Part shown: positions 62,766 to 64,000 of the stretch, piece after piece
Layout of the letters: each line of letters opens with the position of its first letter
Position numbering within the stretch: position 1 is the first letter of the stretch
Origin: Lama glama
Lineage: Eukaryota
Length of the DNA: 64,000 bases
NCBI GenBank assembly: GCA_028534125.1
Contig: CM052818.1
Coordinates: 23,252,001 to 23,316,000, forward strand
Reading direction: 5' to 3'
Position numbers and translations under genes: made by a program
Notes under the pieces: generated by a model
Databases searched by the model: none
Told to the model about the DNA's origin: nothing
The model's input: only the letters and a program-made list of their open reading frames with translations

Positions 62766-64000
62766 AGGAATCTGGAGACTATTTGCTTCCATGCCAGGTC
62801 CTTCCATTGTGAATTCCAGTAAGATTAAGTCCCGAGGATGACATTTGGGGGTATGGGGCATCTCTCCTGTTGTCTTTCTGTGACTGGTCTCTCACAAGGC
62901 CAGGAGCTACCTGGCTGGTTTAGGAGTCACATGGGATGATGGCTCCAAAGGGTGACTGAGCTGGGGAGAGAAGGCAATGGAGAAACAAAGTCAGTTCTGT
63001 GAGTATCAGGAACCCAGGGGAGGTCTGGCCACCCTTGTCTGGGAAGGATGGCCTGAGGGTCAGCTCAGCTCCTCCTTGGGATGGAGAGAGTGGAGGCTGA
63101 GGGAGCAAGAGACAGCCTGTCCCACCTCCCATTCCTGTTCTTCAAGGTGATGCACCTTGGAGAGTTCCCTGATGCTTCCTGTGGACAGACCTTGCCTCCA
63201 GAGTGAAACTGTCACCTCTTGGGGGGAGGCCTGTGTCTTCTCCTGTCTTATCCCCACTTGGTGTGGTCTGGGCACATGGGGAATAAAGGTCTTTCAACTC
63301 CAGAACGGAGTGTTTCAGGAAGTCATGAGCTGCCCACTTCTGGATGGGTTTGGGGATGCTTGCCATCAGCAGATACTGGCATAGAGGACCTCTGGGGGTG
63401 GGAGGTAAGTGTGGGAGAGGGTTTGGGGACCAGACCTACTCACGTGATACACGTTTGTTGAGTACCTAGTATGTGTGGAATCCAAAGCTAGGAGACCCCA
63501 GCTGTATTATTTCCTTTAATTCCCACAACTGACTTCTGAGAGAGGCATGTGGTCCCATCAGACAGACGAAGAAACTGGGGCTCAGAACAGCTGGTCATTT
63601 TCCTGAAGGGATGCAGCAGGGGATGGCAGAGTCAGTCCAGTGTGCTGTCTGTCTCCCATCACAGGCCCTTCCCCTGGGCTGTGCAGAGCCATGGACTGCA
63701 GTTCTCACTCTGACTCTAGCTGTGTGGCTCAGACAAGTTCCCTGACCTCTCTGAGTTTTAGTTTCTTCCTCTGCTTAAGGGTTACACCTACTTTTAAGGG
63801 TCATCATGAAACAGTAAGTGGTATCATCCAGAAGTGCTAAATCAGTCTAGGCATGGACTGGTCACGTGCATGGTTGCTTTCTGCCTTCTGCTCCAAGATG
63901 ATGCGGTTTTTGTGAAGCTGACTGAATAATCAGTCTTACTCAGTTTGGGGTTCTCAGGGTCTAGCAGAAAGCCAGGCATGGCGCAAACACTTAATAAGTA

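Overview
Mammalian genomic DNA, very probably camelid (camel/alpaca): it holds five tRNA-derived Vic-1-type SINEs and cetartiodactyl-type L1 3' ends. It reads as intronic/intergenic and is dense in ancient eutherian repeats (MIR, L2, L3/CR1, L1M, MLT1/MLT2 LTRs, MER5/20/53/58/104). I could not recognise any protein-coding gene, rRNA, intact tRNA or CRISPR array, and the ORF track is mostly noise. The first ~6 kb looks like a promoter/first-exon module for an unidentified minus-strand transcript, and several repeat-free islands look like enhancers. Most notable: (1) an exact 5' half of tRNA-Lys(CTT) inserted without a tail between 14-bp target-site duplications (46559-46622); (2) a 108-bp inverted repeat pair with a 48-bp perfect core flanking ~2.2 kb, with a perfect 15-bp hairpin inside (56393-58773); (3) a near full-length Charlie8-like hAT transposon fossil resembling the GTF2IRD2 C-terminal domain (39185-41635); (4) a CR1/L3 ORF2 fossil with its frame intact, running into a small CpG-rich patch (59663-59950). 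Repeat names come from recalled consensus sequences, not a search, and boundaries are approximate unless a TSD is given. I see no convincing evidence of a new multi-gene system.
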